DNA of 64,000 bases from Nitrosopumilus sp. (GTDB lineage Archaea; Thermoproteota; Nitrososphaeria; Nitrososphaerales; Nitrosopumilaceae), in NCBI GenBank assembly GCA_965214775.1, contig OZ243974.1, forward strand, positions 2,464,001 through 2,528,000, written 5' to 3'. This document shows positions 17,950 through 28,784 of this stretch, piece by piece. The notes below the pieces were generated by a model. The model did not search any database. It worked only from the letters and a program-made list of their open reading frames with translations, and was not told the DNA's origin. Positions within the stretch are counted from its first letter, which is position 1; the number at the start of each line of letters is the position of its first letter. The position numbers and the translations under genes are program-made.

Positions 17950-18000
17950 CAACCCCACACGCGGCGGTAGCCTTTTTAGAAACATGTCCGTAGTCCTGCC

Positions 18001-19413
18001 ATGATCAGGCGCCTTGCCGTAACAGGACTTTTCCTCGTTCTGGCAGCAGCTGCCGCTGCCACCGCGCACGCAGAGGTGCCACCGCCCCCGCTAAAGCAGC
18101 TTGCAGCCGGCGTCTCTCCCGACGGGGTCCTGTGCAGGGAGGGGCTCGTGCTGGTCGTGCGCGACACCGGCGGCGCAGTATGCGTGAGGGATAACACTGC
18201 AGAAAGGATGGGGTGGACCGTAACTATACCAGATGCCGGCACCGCCGAGTCCACGCACCTGCTGCTGCAGGCCGGCGGCCTGGTGCCAGTCGAGATTTCG
18301 GACTATTCTGGGATCGTGTCAGCAAACAACGACTTTGCAGTCGACTTTTACTCACACGTAGCCAGGCAGGAGGGCAAAAACATCGTATTCTCACCGTGGA
18401 GCATCTCCAGCGCCTTTGCACTCGCACACGAGGGGGCGGGGGGCGACACGAGGGACGAGCTCACAGATGCGTTCGGGTTTCCGGAGGAAAAACGCCTGCA
18501 GTTTGGCTCGGCAATGGTGGATCTGAACAGGCCCGACACAGAGTACCGGCTGTCGGTTGCAAACGCACTGTGGCTTGCAGAATGGCTCGAGCCGCTAGAG
18601 GAGTACGTGCAGACCGCAAGGATATACTACGACAGCGGCGTGGAGATGGTGGACTTTGGGTCCGGTGACGCGGTCAAGACGATTAACGGGTGGGTGTCAG
18701 ATAACACCGGCGGCAGGATAAAAGAGGTCATGGCGCCCGGCTCCGTCGGCGCCGCAACGCCGCTGGTCATAACGAATACAGTATACTTCAAGGGCGACTG
18801 GGTGAACACGTTTGGCGGAGGCAGTACCATCGAGGACTACCCGTTCTGGGCGACCCCCGACAAAAAGGTAACGGTTCCGATGATGTACACAAAGGATGTT
18901 GGCTACAGGCACGCAAACGTGGGCACGCACCAGATCCTTGAGATGCCGTACGTGGGCGACCGCATCTCCATGCTAGTACTGCTGCCAAACGAAAAGGGCG
19001 GGATAGGCGAGCTGGAGGGGATGCTGAGCGCCGAGAGCCTCGAGGAGTGGAAGGGAGATCTTGTAGATAAAATACTGCAGGTCTATTTTCCAAGATTCAG
19101 CCTTGACATCTCGTACAATCTAAGAGAGGACCTGTCCGCGATGGGCGTGACCTCGATCTTTGGCGAGGGGGCCGACCTTTCTGGCATCGCCGGGGACGAG
19201 CGGCTGCACGTGTCAGACGCAGTCCACAAGGCGTTCATAAACGTAAACGAAAAGGGGACGGAGGCCGGGGCCACAACTATAATAGCATCTAGTTCGTCAG
19301 GGCCTCCGACGTTTACAGCAGACCACCCGTTTGTCTTTGTCATACAGGACATGGAGACGGGCAACATACTGTTCATCGGAAGGCTGTCCGACCCGTCCCA
19401 GAGCGGCAGGTGA
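18001..19413 (+). CDS. Secreted serpin (serine protease inhibitor) with N-terminal Cys-containing domain
   Basis: Signal peptide, NIVFSPWSI, NTVYFKGDW, hinge EKGTEAGAT, FTADHPFVFVI..ILFIGR. Confidence 0.93.
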   Translation: MIRRLAVTGLFLVLAAAAAATAHAEVPPPPLKQLAAGVSPDGVLCREGLVLVVRDTGGAVCVRDNTAERMGWTVTIPDAGTAESTHLLLQAGGLVPVEISDYSGIVSANNDFAVDFYSHVARQEGKNIVFSPWSISSAFALAHEGAGGDTRDELTDAFGFPEEKRLQFGSAMVDLNRPDTEYRLSVANALWLAEWLEPLEEYVQTARIYYDSGVEMVDFGSGDAVKTINGWVSDNTGGRIKEVMAPGSVGAATPLVITNTVYFKGDWVNTFGGGSTIEDYPFWATPDKKVTVPMMYTKDVGYRHANVGTHQILEMPYVGDRISMLVLLPNEKGGIGELEGMLSAESLEEWKGDLVDKILQVYFPRFSLDISYNLREDLSAMGVTSIFGEGADLSGIAGDERLHVSDAVHKAFINVNEKGTEAGATTIIASSSSGPPTFTADHPFVFVIQDMETGNILFIGRLSDPSQSGR

Positions 19414-19805
19414 GCCGGCACATGGTACGCCACATGTGGGCGTGCCGGCACACGCTGTCCTGCACGGCCGCTGCAGACTATGGATGCACAGCTATCCCGG
19501 CAGGCAACGGCTCGCCCTGGCCGCCTTGATCTACGTCATGTGTGTGGTGCCCAGCTTGGACAATCACTTATCCGTGCGATCCCGACCTCACCGCTGCCCA
19601 GCATGCTGTCCGAACACCATCCTCCGGTGCATCCGTGAGTCATATCTGGGAAGACTGCACCTGTGAGAGGTCAAGGTCGTTGCAACATGCAGGCACGAAT
19701 CTTGTTGCAAGATGATTTGGGCATGGCTGAAAACCGGGGTGGCCCAGCCGATTACCTGCGCCCCATGCAAACGTCTTTTATAAAACACCATGATAATCTT
19801 AAGGC

Positions 19806-22800
19806 ATGAACCAAGCAGTCGCATGTCTTGCCATCCTGCTGCCAGTCTTGCTCTCCGTTCCGGCTTTGTCATTCTCAGAGTCAGGTGAGGTACAAGACAA
19901 CCTGTACAAGTTCGATGACGGCTTTTATGAAAAGATCCAGCACATGCAGAACATGACATCGCATGGAAGGGCAGACAGTTCGGACAACGCAACACTGGCT
20001 GCACATTCCGTAATAATAGTCACAGATGACGGATACGAAGACGGATTGGAGCAAACGCTAAGGGAGATGGGCTCGCGGGACATATTCAAGTCAAAGAGCC
20101 TGGACTTTCTCATCGCCGACGTCCCGGTGAACAGGATAGCGGAGCTGGCAGGCTATGATCACGTCTACAAGCTTGGAGACGGACATGGGGAAATGACATC
20201 GTCGGCATCACCGTCAAGACTACCGCCGGCACTGACACTGGCGCAGGCCAAGGCCGTAGTTGGCGCCACCAACGTAGGCTCCGACGTGTATCCGTATACT
20301 GGCAGGGAGATCACCGTTGGACTGATTGGTACGGGCACGGATTTTACACACCCTGATCTGCAAAACAAGAATGCTGCCTCGCTCCTATGCACCCAACTCC
20401 AATGCATTAATGCTTCACTGCTGGCCGGTACCAACCGTGCCACTTCGACTTCCGCAGTCATAGCATCCAACAGCACCAACCCCGCAATGGCGGGGATGGC
20501 ACCAGACTCCATGATACACGACGCTCGCTTAGCTGGCGTGACTCACGTGGGTGAGAGTTCCGTGGCAAAAAATACCTTTGCCAGGGCACTTGATGAGATG
20601 ATGACCAGCGATATCACTGTGGCACTTTCAATACTGGCAAATACTGAAAGTTATGGATGCAACGACTATTCTGCCCTCACCATTGTCACCGACAGGGCGG
20701 TACACGAGGGCTTGAGCTTTTCCATGGCCATCGGAAACAAACCAGATAACACGGCGGCGTTTCCCCCGCCACACATACAGAAGCTGGCATGCGGCTTTAA
20801 CTACATCAGCGCAGGTGCAGTCGACAAGGACAGAATCCTGTGGAGTGACAGCGTTCCCGGACCTGCCCAGTTCAACACCCCTGGCGGCGACTCACCCAGA
20901 ATAAAGCCCGAGATAACCGCAATCGGCGTAGATCTTGACCTTGCACGGGCCGCAGATCGCAGAAATATGATAAACCGTGACTATGAAATAGACAGCGGCA
21001 CGAGCTTTGCCACCGCCTTTGTGGCAGGCGCCAGTGCCCTGATCCTAGAAAAGCAGCCGGACTACCGGCATCTGGAGATAAAGTCCGCACTGCTGCTCGG
21101 CGCAGACTGGCAGGCAGACACGCCGGCGACGGCAGCAGACTATGATAACCGGAGGGCCGGGATATACGATACCATGAACCGGTACGGCTTTGGCATACTC
21201 AACGCAACGAGATCACTTGACTATGCCAACGACAACCAGTACCCGAACGTCCTGTACGACCAAAGCTCAGGCGACTTTGATGCAAACTCGTACAGGATCT
21301 ACGCAGGCGCAGGCGAGCAGGTAAAGGTGCTGCTGTCCTGGCTGGTGCATCCGAGAGGCACGGTACTGTCGCCCACCCTTCCAATCGGCAGCCCCCACAT
21401 CCAGCTTCCAAGCCAGTACCACAACTATGACCTGGCGGTGACGTTTCCCAACGGCGTGACAAGGACGAGCGACTCTGACGTCCAGAACAACGAGTTCGTC
21501 GTGTTTGACGCGCCGGAGACCGGATTCTACACCATCACCGTGAGCTCCGACGGGACGCTGACGACTGCCATCGGCGAGCCGTACACCCTGGCAAGCACGC
21601 ACGGGATAGACAAGTTCCCATACGACCTCGTCGTCCCGGTCACGGAGTTCGCAGACGACTTTGAGTCGGACCTCTCAAAGTGGGACCTGTCCGGCGACTC
21701 TGACTGGGAGATCGGGGACCCCGACGAGGACGTGCCCGGCGAGAACAGCCGGACAAACCAGGCGCTCATATCGAGCAACTGCGACACTGACTGCATCGCC
21801 ACGACATCCTCGACGTTTGACACGCAGGACGCGCTGACCGTCTCCTTTGACAGGTTCGTTGACTCCAGCGTCGATGCCGGGGAGGGCCTGTTTGTAGAGT
21901 ACTCTGCAGATGGAACCAACTGGATCAATCTTGCAAGCTATACCCACAACAACCGCGAGGACAGCGGCTCGTGGAGCAGCGAGTCCCTGTCCCTGGACAT
22001 CACGGAGGACACCGCAAAGATCAGGTTCGTGGCAAAGTCCAGCTCCTCAAGCGAGCACGTCGAGATAGACAATGTTGCAGTCATGGAAAGTGACGGAGGC
22101 GGACCCTCGGACACGACTGACCCCGTAATCACCGCGCCCGCCGACGTCACGGCCGAGGCCACCGGCGTGCTGACTGCCGTATCCATAGGGCAGGCCACTG
22201 CCATCGACAATCTGGATCCCGACCCGGCGATAACAAACGACGCACCAGAGTCGTTTCCCATAGGCGACACCACAGTCACGTGGACTGCCACGGATGACTT
22301 TGGCAACACGGCCACTGCCACCCAGACTGTTACGATACAGGACACCACGCCGCCCTGGATCACGGCGCCTGCCGACCGTACCGCAGAGGCCACCGGCGTG
22401 CTGACCGTGACATCCATAGGGCAGGCCACTGCCATCGACATTGCCGATCCCGACCCCACAATAACAAACGACGCACCCGCGTCGTTCTCGCTAGGCGACA
22501 CGGTAATCACATGGACTGCCACAGATGATTCGGGCAATGCGGCCACTGCCACCCAGACTGTTACGGTTCAAGATACCACGCCGCCGAGCATCACGGCGCC
22601 TGCTGACCATACAGCAGAGGCCACCGGCGTGCTGACCACAATATCAATAGGGCAGGCCACTGCCACCGACAATCTGGATCCCGATCCTGTCATCACGCAC
22701 GACGCACCAGAGTCATTCCCGCTCGGCGACACCATAGTGACATGGACTGCCACAGATGACTTTGGCAACATGGCGACTGTCACCCAGACTGTTACGATAC

Positions 22801-25292
22801 AGGACACGACACTGCCGAGCATAACCGCACCGCTAGATGTCACAACCGAGGCTTCCGGCGTGCTGACTGTAACATCCATAGGGCAGGCTACGGCCACCGA
22901 CAACTTGGATCCCGACCCGGCAATCACAAACGACGCACCGGAATCGTTTCCCCTAGGTAGCACGACAGTCACGTGGACTGCCACGGATGATTCGGGCAAC
23001 GCGGCCACTGACACCCAGACTGTTACGATACAGGACACGACACTGCCGAGCATAACCGCACCGCCAGATGTCACAACCGAGGCTTCCGGCGTGCTGAGTA
23101 TAATATCAATAGGTCAGGCCACGGCCACCGACACTGCCGATCCCGACCCGGCAATCACAAACGACGCACCGGAATCGTTCCCGCTCGGCGACACCATAGT
23201 GACATGGACTGCCACGGATTCCTCCGATAATGCCGCCACGGCCACACAGACCGTGACGATACAGGACACCACGCCGCCGAGCATCACAGCACCCGCCGAT
23301 CATACGGCCGAGGCTGCCGGCATCATGACAATCCTGAATGCCGGCGACTATGGGACTCCCACCGTGTCTGACATTGCCGATCCCAGCCCCACAATCACAA
23401 ACGACGCACCGGAATCGTTCCCGCTCGGCAACACCACGGTAACGTGGACTGCCGCCGATTCCTCTGGCAACGAGGCGACTGCCGCCCAGACCGTTACGAT
23501 ACAGGATACGACGCCGCCTGCCATCTCCGGCCTGCGCAATATATCCGTGGATGATCCGGCGGGCCGGGGAATGGAAGTCAGCTACGATGCGCCTACAGCT
23601 ACAGACCTCGTAGATGGGGCCGTGGCAGTATCATGCACGCACGAGTCAGGATCGACGTTTGCGCCCGGATTCACCGAGGTGTCATGTATGGCGACAGACG
23701 GCTCTGCAAACTCGCTGCGGGACTGGTTTATCATACACGTGGACGCATCTGACGCCATCCTGGACGTCTCGCAGACCGTGAGCACGGGCCGGTCCACGTG
23801 GAGCGTCACGGGCCCGGACAGGATATTCGCGGGGCAGACCTTCGAGTATACCGTAACCCTCGAGGACGGGGCGAGGCCCAGGGAGGAGGCCCTTGCCGTG
23901 TACAGCGCTGCGCCGGATACGCGGTACCTCGGATGGCATGATCCCGATGCAGACTGCCAGACTATATTGTGCGCGGGGTTTCCCGAACAAAAGCACAACA
24001 CGTACAAGATAGCCAGTGACGAGGACTCGCCGTATACTGCCATGCACAACAAGATGAAAAAGTCCAGATCCAGCCACACCATACTGTTGCAGCCGGCAGC
24101 CGACGCGCCGGCGGGGGCGCAGGCCACAGTCGGCATGCTGGACGCCAGCTACAACCCGGTGGGAGGCATACCGGTAACGGTGATGCCGCCGTCCACGAGG
24201 ACGGTAACGGACGGGGACACCACCTGGAGGATCACGGGCCCCGACAGGATATTTCCGGGACAGACATTCGAGTATACCGTGACCCTTGATGGCACAAGGC
24301 ACCAGCACGACGCCCTTGCCATATACAGCGACTCGCTTACGGTGGACGACTTTGGGGGACTCGCGGATGACTCTGCATGCGGCACGACCGTATGCACTGA
24401 CTTTCCCGGGCAGCGGCGCCGCACGATGGAACTTGACAACCACGCAGGCTCCTCATACGACGTGAGGTATCACACGATCAACGCGCCCGGCTCCCAGTAT
24501 ACGATACTGCTGAGGATCGCCGACGACGCAGACGCGGGAGGCACGTTCAGGGTAGGCCTAGTGGACGGGGACGGAAGTCCGATGGGCGGCATACGGGTCA
24601 CGATCGCCGATCCCGTGACCGTAACGGCCCCCTATGAGGAGCTCGTGGCAGGCCTGTCCTTTGAGGGCAGCTTGGCAGATATCACAGGGGACAACAACGG
24701 CACGGCTGCAGGGGGTATCTCATACGTGGAGGGCAGGATAGGCAGGGGGCTGCAGCTTGACGGCTCTACGAACGTCACCCTCGCGGGGGAGGCCGACTTT
24801 GACTTTGGGCGGACCGACCCGTTCAGCATTGCGTTCTGGCTCAGGCAGGATGCGCCCGTCAACGGCAGCACCATGATAATGTCCAAGGCAGAGTCGTTCG
24901 GCCATACCGGCTCGTACGTGTGGGTATGGGGAGGGGCGCCCAACAGGGTCCTGCTTTCGATACACGACAACTCCACGTTCATAAACGTGCATACACCGCA
25001 ACACATGAACATGTCAGACGGCGCCTGGCACCATATCGCATTCACGTACGACGGCTCGGGCGCAAAGGAGGGACTGAACGCGTATATCGACGGCGAGCAC
25101 CGGGACTATGACCACTTCCGCAGGGGCCAGGGGCTGGCAGGCGACACGACAAACGACCATGCGTTTACGGTGAGGACCACCAGCTGGGGGGACCCCGACA
25201 GGATCGACTCGGTGCTTGACGAGCTGCGCGTGTACGGCGCCGAGCTGTCGGCCCGGCAGGTGCGGCTGCTGCATGCGGCGGGCCTCGGCTAG
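19806..25292 (+). CDS. Giant secreted S8 (subtilase)-like protein with 7 HYR repeats and C-terminal LamG domain; probably catalytically dead
   Basis: Signal peptide; VGLIGTG..HPDL, KPEITAIG, SGTSFATAFVAG; DTTPPxITAP repeats; WHHIAFTYDG..LDELRVY LamG. Confidence 0.88.
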   Translation: MNQAVACLAILLPVLLSVPALSFSESGEVQDNLYKFDDGFYEKIQHMQNMTSHGRADSSDNATLAAHSVIIVTDDGYEDGLEQTLREMGSRDIFKSKSLDFLIADVPVNRIAELAGYDHVYKLGDGHGEMTSSASPSRLPPALTLAQAKAVVGATNVGSDVYPYTGREITVGLIGTGTDFTHPDLQNKNAASLLCTQLQCINASLLAGTNRATSTSAVIASNSTNPAMAGMAPDSMIHDARLAGVTHVGESSVAKNTFARALDEMMTSDITVALSILANTESYGCNDYSALTIVTDRAVHEGLSFSMAIGNKPDNTAAFPPPHIQKLACGFNYISAGAVDKDRILWSDSVPGPAQFNTPGGDSPRIKPEITAIGVDLDLARAADRRNMINRDYEIDSGTSFATAFVAGASALILEKQPDYRHLEIKSALLLGADWQADTPATAADYDNRRAGIYDTMNRYGFGILNATRSLDYANDNQYPNVLYDQSSGDFDANSYRIYAGAGEQVKVLLSWLVHPRGTVLSPTLPIGSPHIQLPSQYHNYDLAVTFPNGVTRTSDSDVQNNEFVVFDAPETGFYTITVSSDGTLTTAIGEPYTLASTHGIDKFPYDLVVPVTEFADDFESDLSKWDLSGDSDWEIGDPDEDVPGENSRTNQALISSNCDTDCIATTSSTFDTQDALTVSFDRFVDSSVDAGEGLFVEYSADGTNWINLASYTHNNREDSGSWSSESLSLDITEDTAKIRFVAKSSSSSEHVEIDNVAVMESDGGGPSDTTDPVITAPADVTAEATGVLTAVSIGQATAIDNLDPDPAITNDAPESFPIGDTTVTWTATDDFGNTATATQTVTIQDTTPPWITAPADRTAEATGVLTVTSIGQATAIDIADPDPTITNDAPASFSLGDTVITWTATDDSGNAATATQTVTVQDTTPPSITAPADHTAEATGVLTTISIGQATATDNLDPDPVITHDAPESFPLGDTIVTWTATDDFGNMATVTQTVTIQDTTLPSITAPLDVTTEASGVLTVTSIGQATATDNLDPDPAITNDAPESFPLGSTTVTWTATDDSGNAATDTQTVTIQDTTLPSITAPPDVTTEASGVLSIISIGQATATDTADPDPAITNDAPESFPLGDTIVTWTATDSSDNAATATQTVTIQDTTPPSITAPADHTAEAAGIMTILNAGDYGTPTVSDIADPSPTITNDAPESFPLGNTTVTWTAADSSGNEATAAQTVTIQDTTPPAISGLRNISVDDPAGRGMEVSYDAPTATDLVDGAVAVSCTHESGSTFAPGFTEVSCMATDGSANSLRDWFIIHVDASDAILDVSQTVSTGRSTWSVTGPDRIFAGQTFEYTVTLEDGARPREEALAVYSAAPDTRYLGWHDPDADCQTILCAGFPEQKHNTYKIASDEDSPYTAMHNKMKKSRSSHTILLQPAADAPAGAQATVGMLDASYNPVGGIPVTVMPPSTRTVTDGDTTWRITGPDRIFPGQTFEYTVTLDGTRHQHDALAIYSDSLTVDDFGGLADDSACGTTVCTDFPGQRRRTMELDNHAGSSYDVRYHTINAPGSQYTILLRIADDADAGGTFRVGLVDGDGSPMGGIRVTIADPVTVTAPYEELVAGLSFEGSLADITGDNNGTAAGGISYVEGRIGRGLQLDGSTNVTLAGEADFDFGRTDPFSIAFWLRQDAPVNGSTMIMSKAESFGHTGSYVWVWGGAPNRVLLSIHDNSTFINVHTPQHMNMSDGAWHHIAFTYDGSGAKEGLNAYIDGEHRDYDHFRRGQGLAGDTTNDHAFTVRTTSWGDPDRIDSVLDELRVYGAELSARQVRLLHAAGLG
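22110..23750 (+). repeat. Intragenic HYR-domain repeats (x7)
   Basis: ~78-aa units DTTxPxITAP..VTWTATD..GN. Confidence 0.85.
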
Positions 25293-25620
25293 CTTGTGCG
25301 ATCACGGCGGGCCCGGCCTGCGGCAAGATCCTGTACTGGCCAGTAAGGATTCTCGAAGTGTTTCATGATCAGACGCCCCTGCAAACGGACGATGACATTG
25401 AAGGATTTGTGACTGCCGGCATGCCCCACAGGCGGCACTGCCTGCCGGGGCCTTTGCTGCCGCGCATTCCGCGCGGTATCTTCCGGAGGGGGCAAGGCTC
25501 TTGTCGCGTATTGGTAGAACGCAATCCAAAACAATTTTAAGCCGACGCATCCGTTGATACGGTGAGCATCTTGATGGGATTCAAACGTGTGGGGGTTTCA
25601 TCGCTTGGGTGTGGTAAACC

Positions 25621-26550
25621 GTAACTGGTTTATCATAATACGGAAAGTTCGTATCCACTACGACCCTGGCCCTGCTGGGTGCGGCCAGCGTGTGGACGCC
25701 GGTCGTGGAGCCGTCCTTGTTCTTGCCCACTATTACCCATATGCGGGCCGTCCTGCCGTTGTATGGCATGGCAGTCTCGTTAATGTGCAGATAATCAGAA
25801 TCCTTGATGGCCTGCTTGATACCCTTTACGCTGGGCTTTATTGCCTTGGTGCAGGCCCTCAGGCACTGCAACACGCCTGCCTCTGAGACATCCATGTCCA
25901 GGATTTCTGAGCACATTGTGGCCGTTGCCTGTATGGAGGCAGGTGCCATGTGCATTGAGGTTATCATCCCCGTAATGTTTGGTCCAAACTCGGTTCCCTG
26001 CACGTTCCAGTCCCTGTCATCCTCGATACACACGTGGCCGCAGTCGGCGCATTCGCGTTTGTATGCGGTGTGCTCTGTCGTGACCGGTTTGGGCTTCTTG
26101 GGGATCTCAGTCACGGTCTTTGAGAACAACTTTTCGGGCTTTTTCATGTTGGTGCTGTTGCACTTGTCGCACTTTTTGGGGCAGTGCTTTACAAACTCGG
26201 TCGGTTTTCTCTTGTGTGATACTCCCTTGTGTCCCGGTTTGCGGCCCGGTTTTGCCTTTGCAGATGCCGGTACGTTGCCTGATGCCTTTGCAGCAGCAGT
26301 CTTTTTCTGTCTGGTAGGAATCGAGTTCTGCGAGGAGGGGGTGTGCGGGTTCTCGTAATATTTGATGTGCTGTTTGAGCTGCTGGTTTTCTGCCGTCAGC
26401 AGCACGACCTGTGTTGCAAGCTCGGCCTTCTCTGGCATCTTTGACTACTACCTGCTGCAGATCGGCGATGGTTTTCTCATTCTTTCGGCACTCGGCTATG
26501 AGACGTGCAATCTCGTCGCGCAGTATCTTGACCTCCGAGCCTGATGACAT
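25621..26550 (-). pseudogene. IS66 transposase, N-terminal half
   Basis: Coiled coil, PSS..KPGRKPGHKG, CDKC/CADC Zn finger, LHINET (DET Asp changed to Asn); frameshift near 26440. Confidence 0.87.
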
Positions 26551-26677
26551 GCATTTTCCTAGGTACTACTATCTTATAGATCGGGTGGTCAGAAAGAATT
26601 CACCAAATAGGTAAGGGGTAAACTCTTACAGATGGGCAGTTCAAATCCTATTTATAATCTCGTGATCGCGATACGCT

Positions 26678-26872
26678 GTGTTGCGCAGAATATATCCCGT
26701 GTTTGTAGGCCTGCCGGCATTTGGCGCGATCATCATATCTGTTGGAATGGCAATTGACAACGACGAGTACTGGCTGATTGCAGATTACACTACCATCAGC
26801 ATCTTTGTGGCATCTGCCATATTCCTGTTCGTGTTCAGGTCAAAGGCTTACGGGCAACAACTGTCGTCATAA
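26678..26872 (+). CDS. Small membrane protein
   Basis: 64 aa, two hydrophobic segments, TTTATAA about 25 nt upstream. Confidence 0.5.
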   Translation: MLRRIYPVFVGLPAFGAIIISVGMAIDNDEYWLIADYTTISIFVASAIFLFVFRSKAYGQQLSS

Positions 26873-26876
26873 TAAC

Positions 26877-28013
26877 GGGGTTGTTTCCTAATTCGGCAAT
26901 CTAGTCTAATTTTTTAGATTCTACACTATATTGATCAGAACGGGCGTGGTTCTCTAATGACGGAACATAAGAGACGCAATGGGTACTGGAAGTATTACCA
27001 TGCTGCCCACACCCAAGAAATGGTGTTTCTCCTATCCAATATAGTTTCCTTGATCGTGGAGAACCCGTGTCCCGTGAAGGTTGGTTCCGGACCGGGTCGG
27101 CCAATAGTCCACAGCCGTGACAAGCTGGCATGCCTGTGCATATTGATGGTGTGTCTGGATATGACATACCGTGACACGCAGTGCATTGCGCACTTTCTAA
27201 GGCTGCCTCGCTGGAACGACGAGCCGGTGCCAGACCACGTCACCCTGTGCAAATTCATGCCAAAGATTCCAAACAAGTGGCTTGAGGAGATGATATCAGA
27301 AACTGCACGCAGATGCCTTGCAGGGTTTGACCTGTCTGCACTCAAGCTTGCGGCCGACAGCACCGGCGTCGTTACTGACAGATACGACAAGAAGAAGAAG
27401 AGAAAGGATCTCAAGCCAAAGAAGGTGACGGGCAAAAAGGCCGATTCTAGGCACGAATCTGGCGCAAAAAAGGCCGAAAGAAAGAGAAAGGCCAAGCCCT
27501 ACAAACAATATCTAAAGTGGCACGTGGCATCCGTGCTGGGCCTGCAGGTAATCCTGGCATGCCGGATTACCTCAGACAGAATGGCAGACACTACCATCCT
27601 AAGATCACTCTTGCAGAGAATTGGAAAGATCGGACTCGGATTCTCTGGCATCTTCAACGCCGACAGGGATACGACTCGGATGAGAACATAAGGATCCTCA
27701 AGGAATCCGGAATGAAACCGAACATCAAGCTGAGAGATAATGCAGTCCGTACCAAAATGAAACACAGGAAGGAAGCCTCCGAGGCGTTTGATCCGGAATC
27801 CTACACGATGCGCGCGATGATAGAGGGAATCTTTGGCGCAGAGGAGGCAGAGAACCACAGGCTGATGTGCAGGTTCAGAAAGGCATCCACCCGCAGAAGG
27901 TTTGGCCTGTGCAAGGCCATAGGATGGAACCTTGAGGTGCTAAACAGACTCAAGTGCGCTGCAAAGCTCGGGATACCGGTGGAGGCAGCATGAGTGAATT
28001 AGGAAACAACCCC
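26877..28013 (+). mobile_element. IS5/IS4-like insertion sequence with 9-bp TSD
   Basis: 18-bp TIR GGGGTTGTTTCCTAATTC; TSD CATAATAAC at 26868-26876 and 28014-28022. Confidence 0.92.
26957..27993 (+). pseudogene. Frameshifted DDE transposase
   Basis: ADSTG, KWH, NADR|GYDS broken by a frameshift near 27666, RAMIEGIFG. Confidence 0.85.
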
Positions 28014-28270
28014 CATAATAACCCGTTAAACATTGAAACAATTTCGCTGGCAGAACCTCTTCCTTGCAGACAGATTATGCACGAGATGCCCCCGCGTCAT
28101 CAGGCGTCTCAAATATTCTGGCAGACAAAAGTCTCCGCTTTATCTCCCTTTGTTGTATATCAGCATTCTCAGAAGTACCGCATCAAATTATCCTAGGCTC
28201 GAAACAATTCAGATGAGGATGCCTGCAGATCCGCATGTCGGCTCCTGCACCGCCACGAGTATAGCAACGG

Positions 28271-28705
28271 TCACAAGTAATTGAGGGCATTGACCGGCGA
28301 TCTGTAAATGTACTTGTACATACAAAGGTGGGCAAACGACACCGTCCTGTAATACTTGGATATGGCCTGCCGCAGCTCGCTGATCTTTCTGTACACAATC
28401 CCCCTGAAAACAAAATGCTTGCCCAGGTTCCAGCATTCTTCTACGACATTGAGGTACGGCGATCCCTTCGGGATCATTATCCGTCTGACATCGGGGTGGT
28501 CGGCCAGATATTTTGCGACGTCAGTAGATCTGTGCACGCTCCACCTGTCGCAAAAGACGGCAACCTTGCCAAACTTGGCACGCAGTGCCTCCAAACATTC
28601 TATGAACTCCACCGACGTAAACGATCCCGTAAACGTTCTGAACAGCCTTCTGCCGTCTTCTGCGATGCTTCCAAACACGGCCACCTTCGTGTGGTCTCCA
28701 GAGTA
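28271..28705 (-). pseudogene. IS630 transposase, C-terminal half
   Basis: VFGSI, CDRWSVH, PKGSPYLNVVEECW (DDE_3-like). Confidence 0.85.
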
Positions 28706-28784
28706 TAGCAACGAGCAGAAATAATTGAGGTTTTTTACGTGTAGTTATGACCTATTTTGACTCAAAGACTTATGCCCGTTGCTA

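Larger units (their letters stand above)
9248..25620. mobile_element. 16.4-kb tyrosine-recombinase integrative element/transposon
   Basis: Ends GGTTTATCACTCCCAGGC.. and ..GCTTGGGTGTGGTAAACC form ~30-bp imperfect inverted repeats (22/30 by eye); integrase starts 68 bp inside the left end; removal restores the IS66 reading frame. Confidence 0.82.
8704..26629 (-). mobile_element. IS66-family element split into two halves by the integrase element
   Basis: TIRs GTAAGAGTTTACCCC (8704-8718) and GGGGTAAACTCTTAC (26615-26629); transposase halves rejoin in frame; no matching TSD on outer flanks. Confidence 0.8.

Noticed and set aside
21527-25274. Long antisense ORFs within the S8 gene and other GC-rich genes
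   Set aside because: Shadow frames of repetitive, GC-rich coding sequence with no independent motifs.
8695-26638. Target-site duplication around the split IS66
   Set aside because: The flanks GGGATTCAC and AGATGGGCA do not match; later recombination or deletion is possible.
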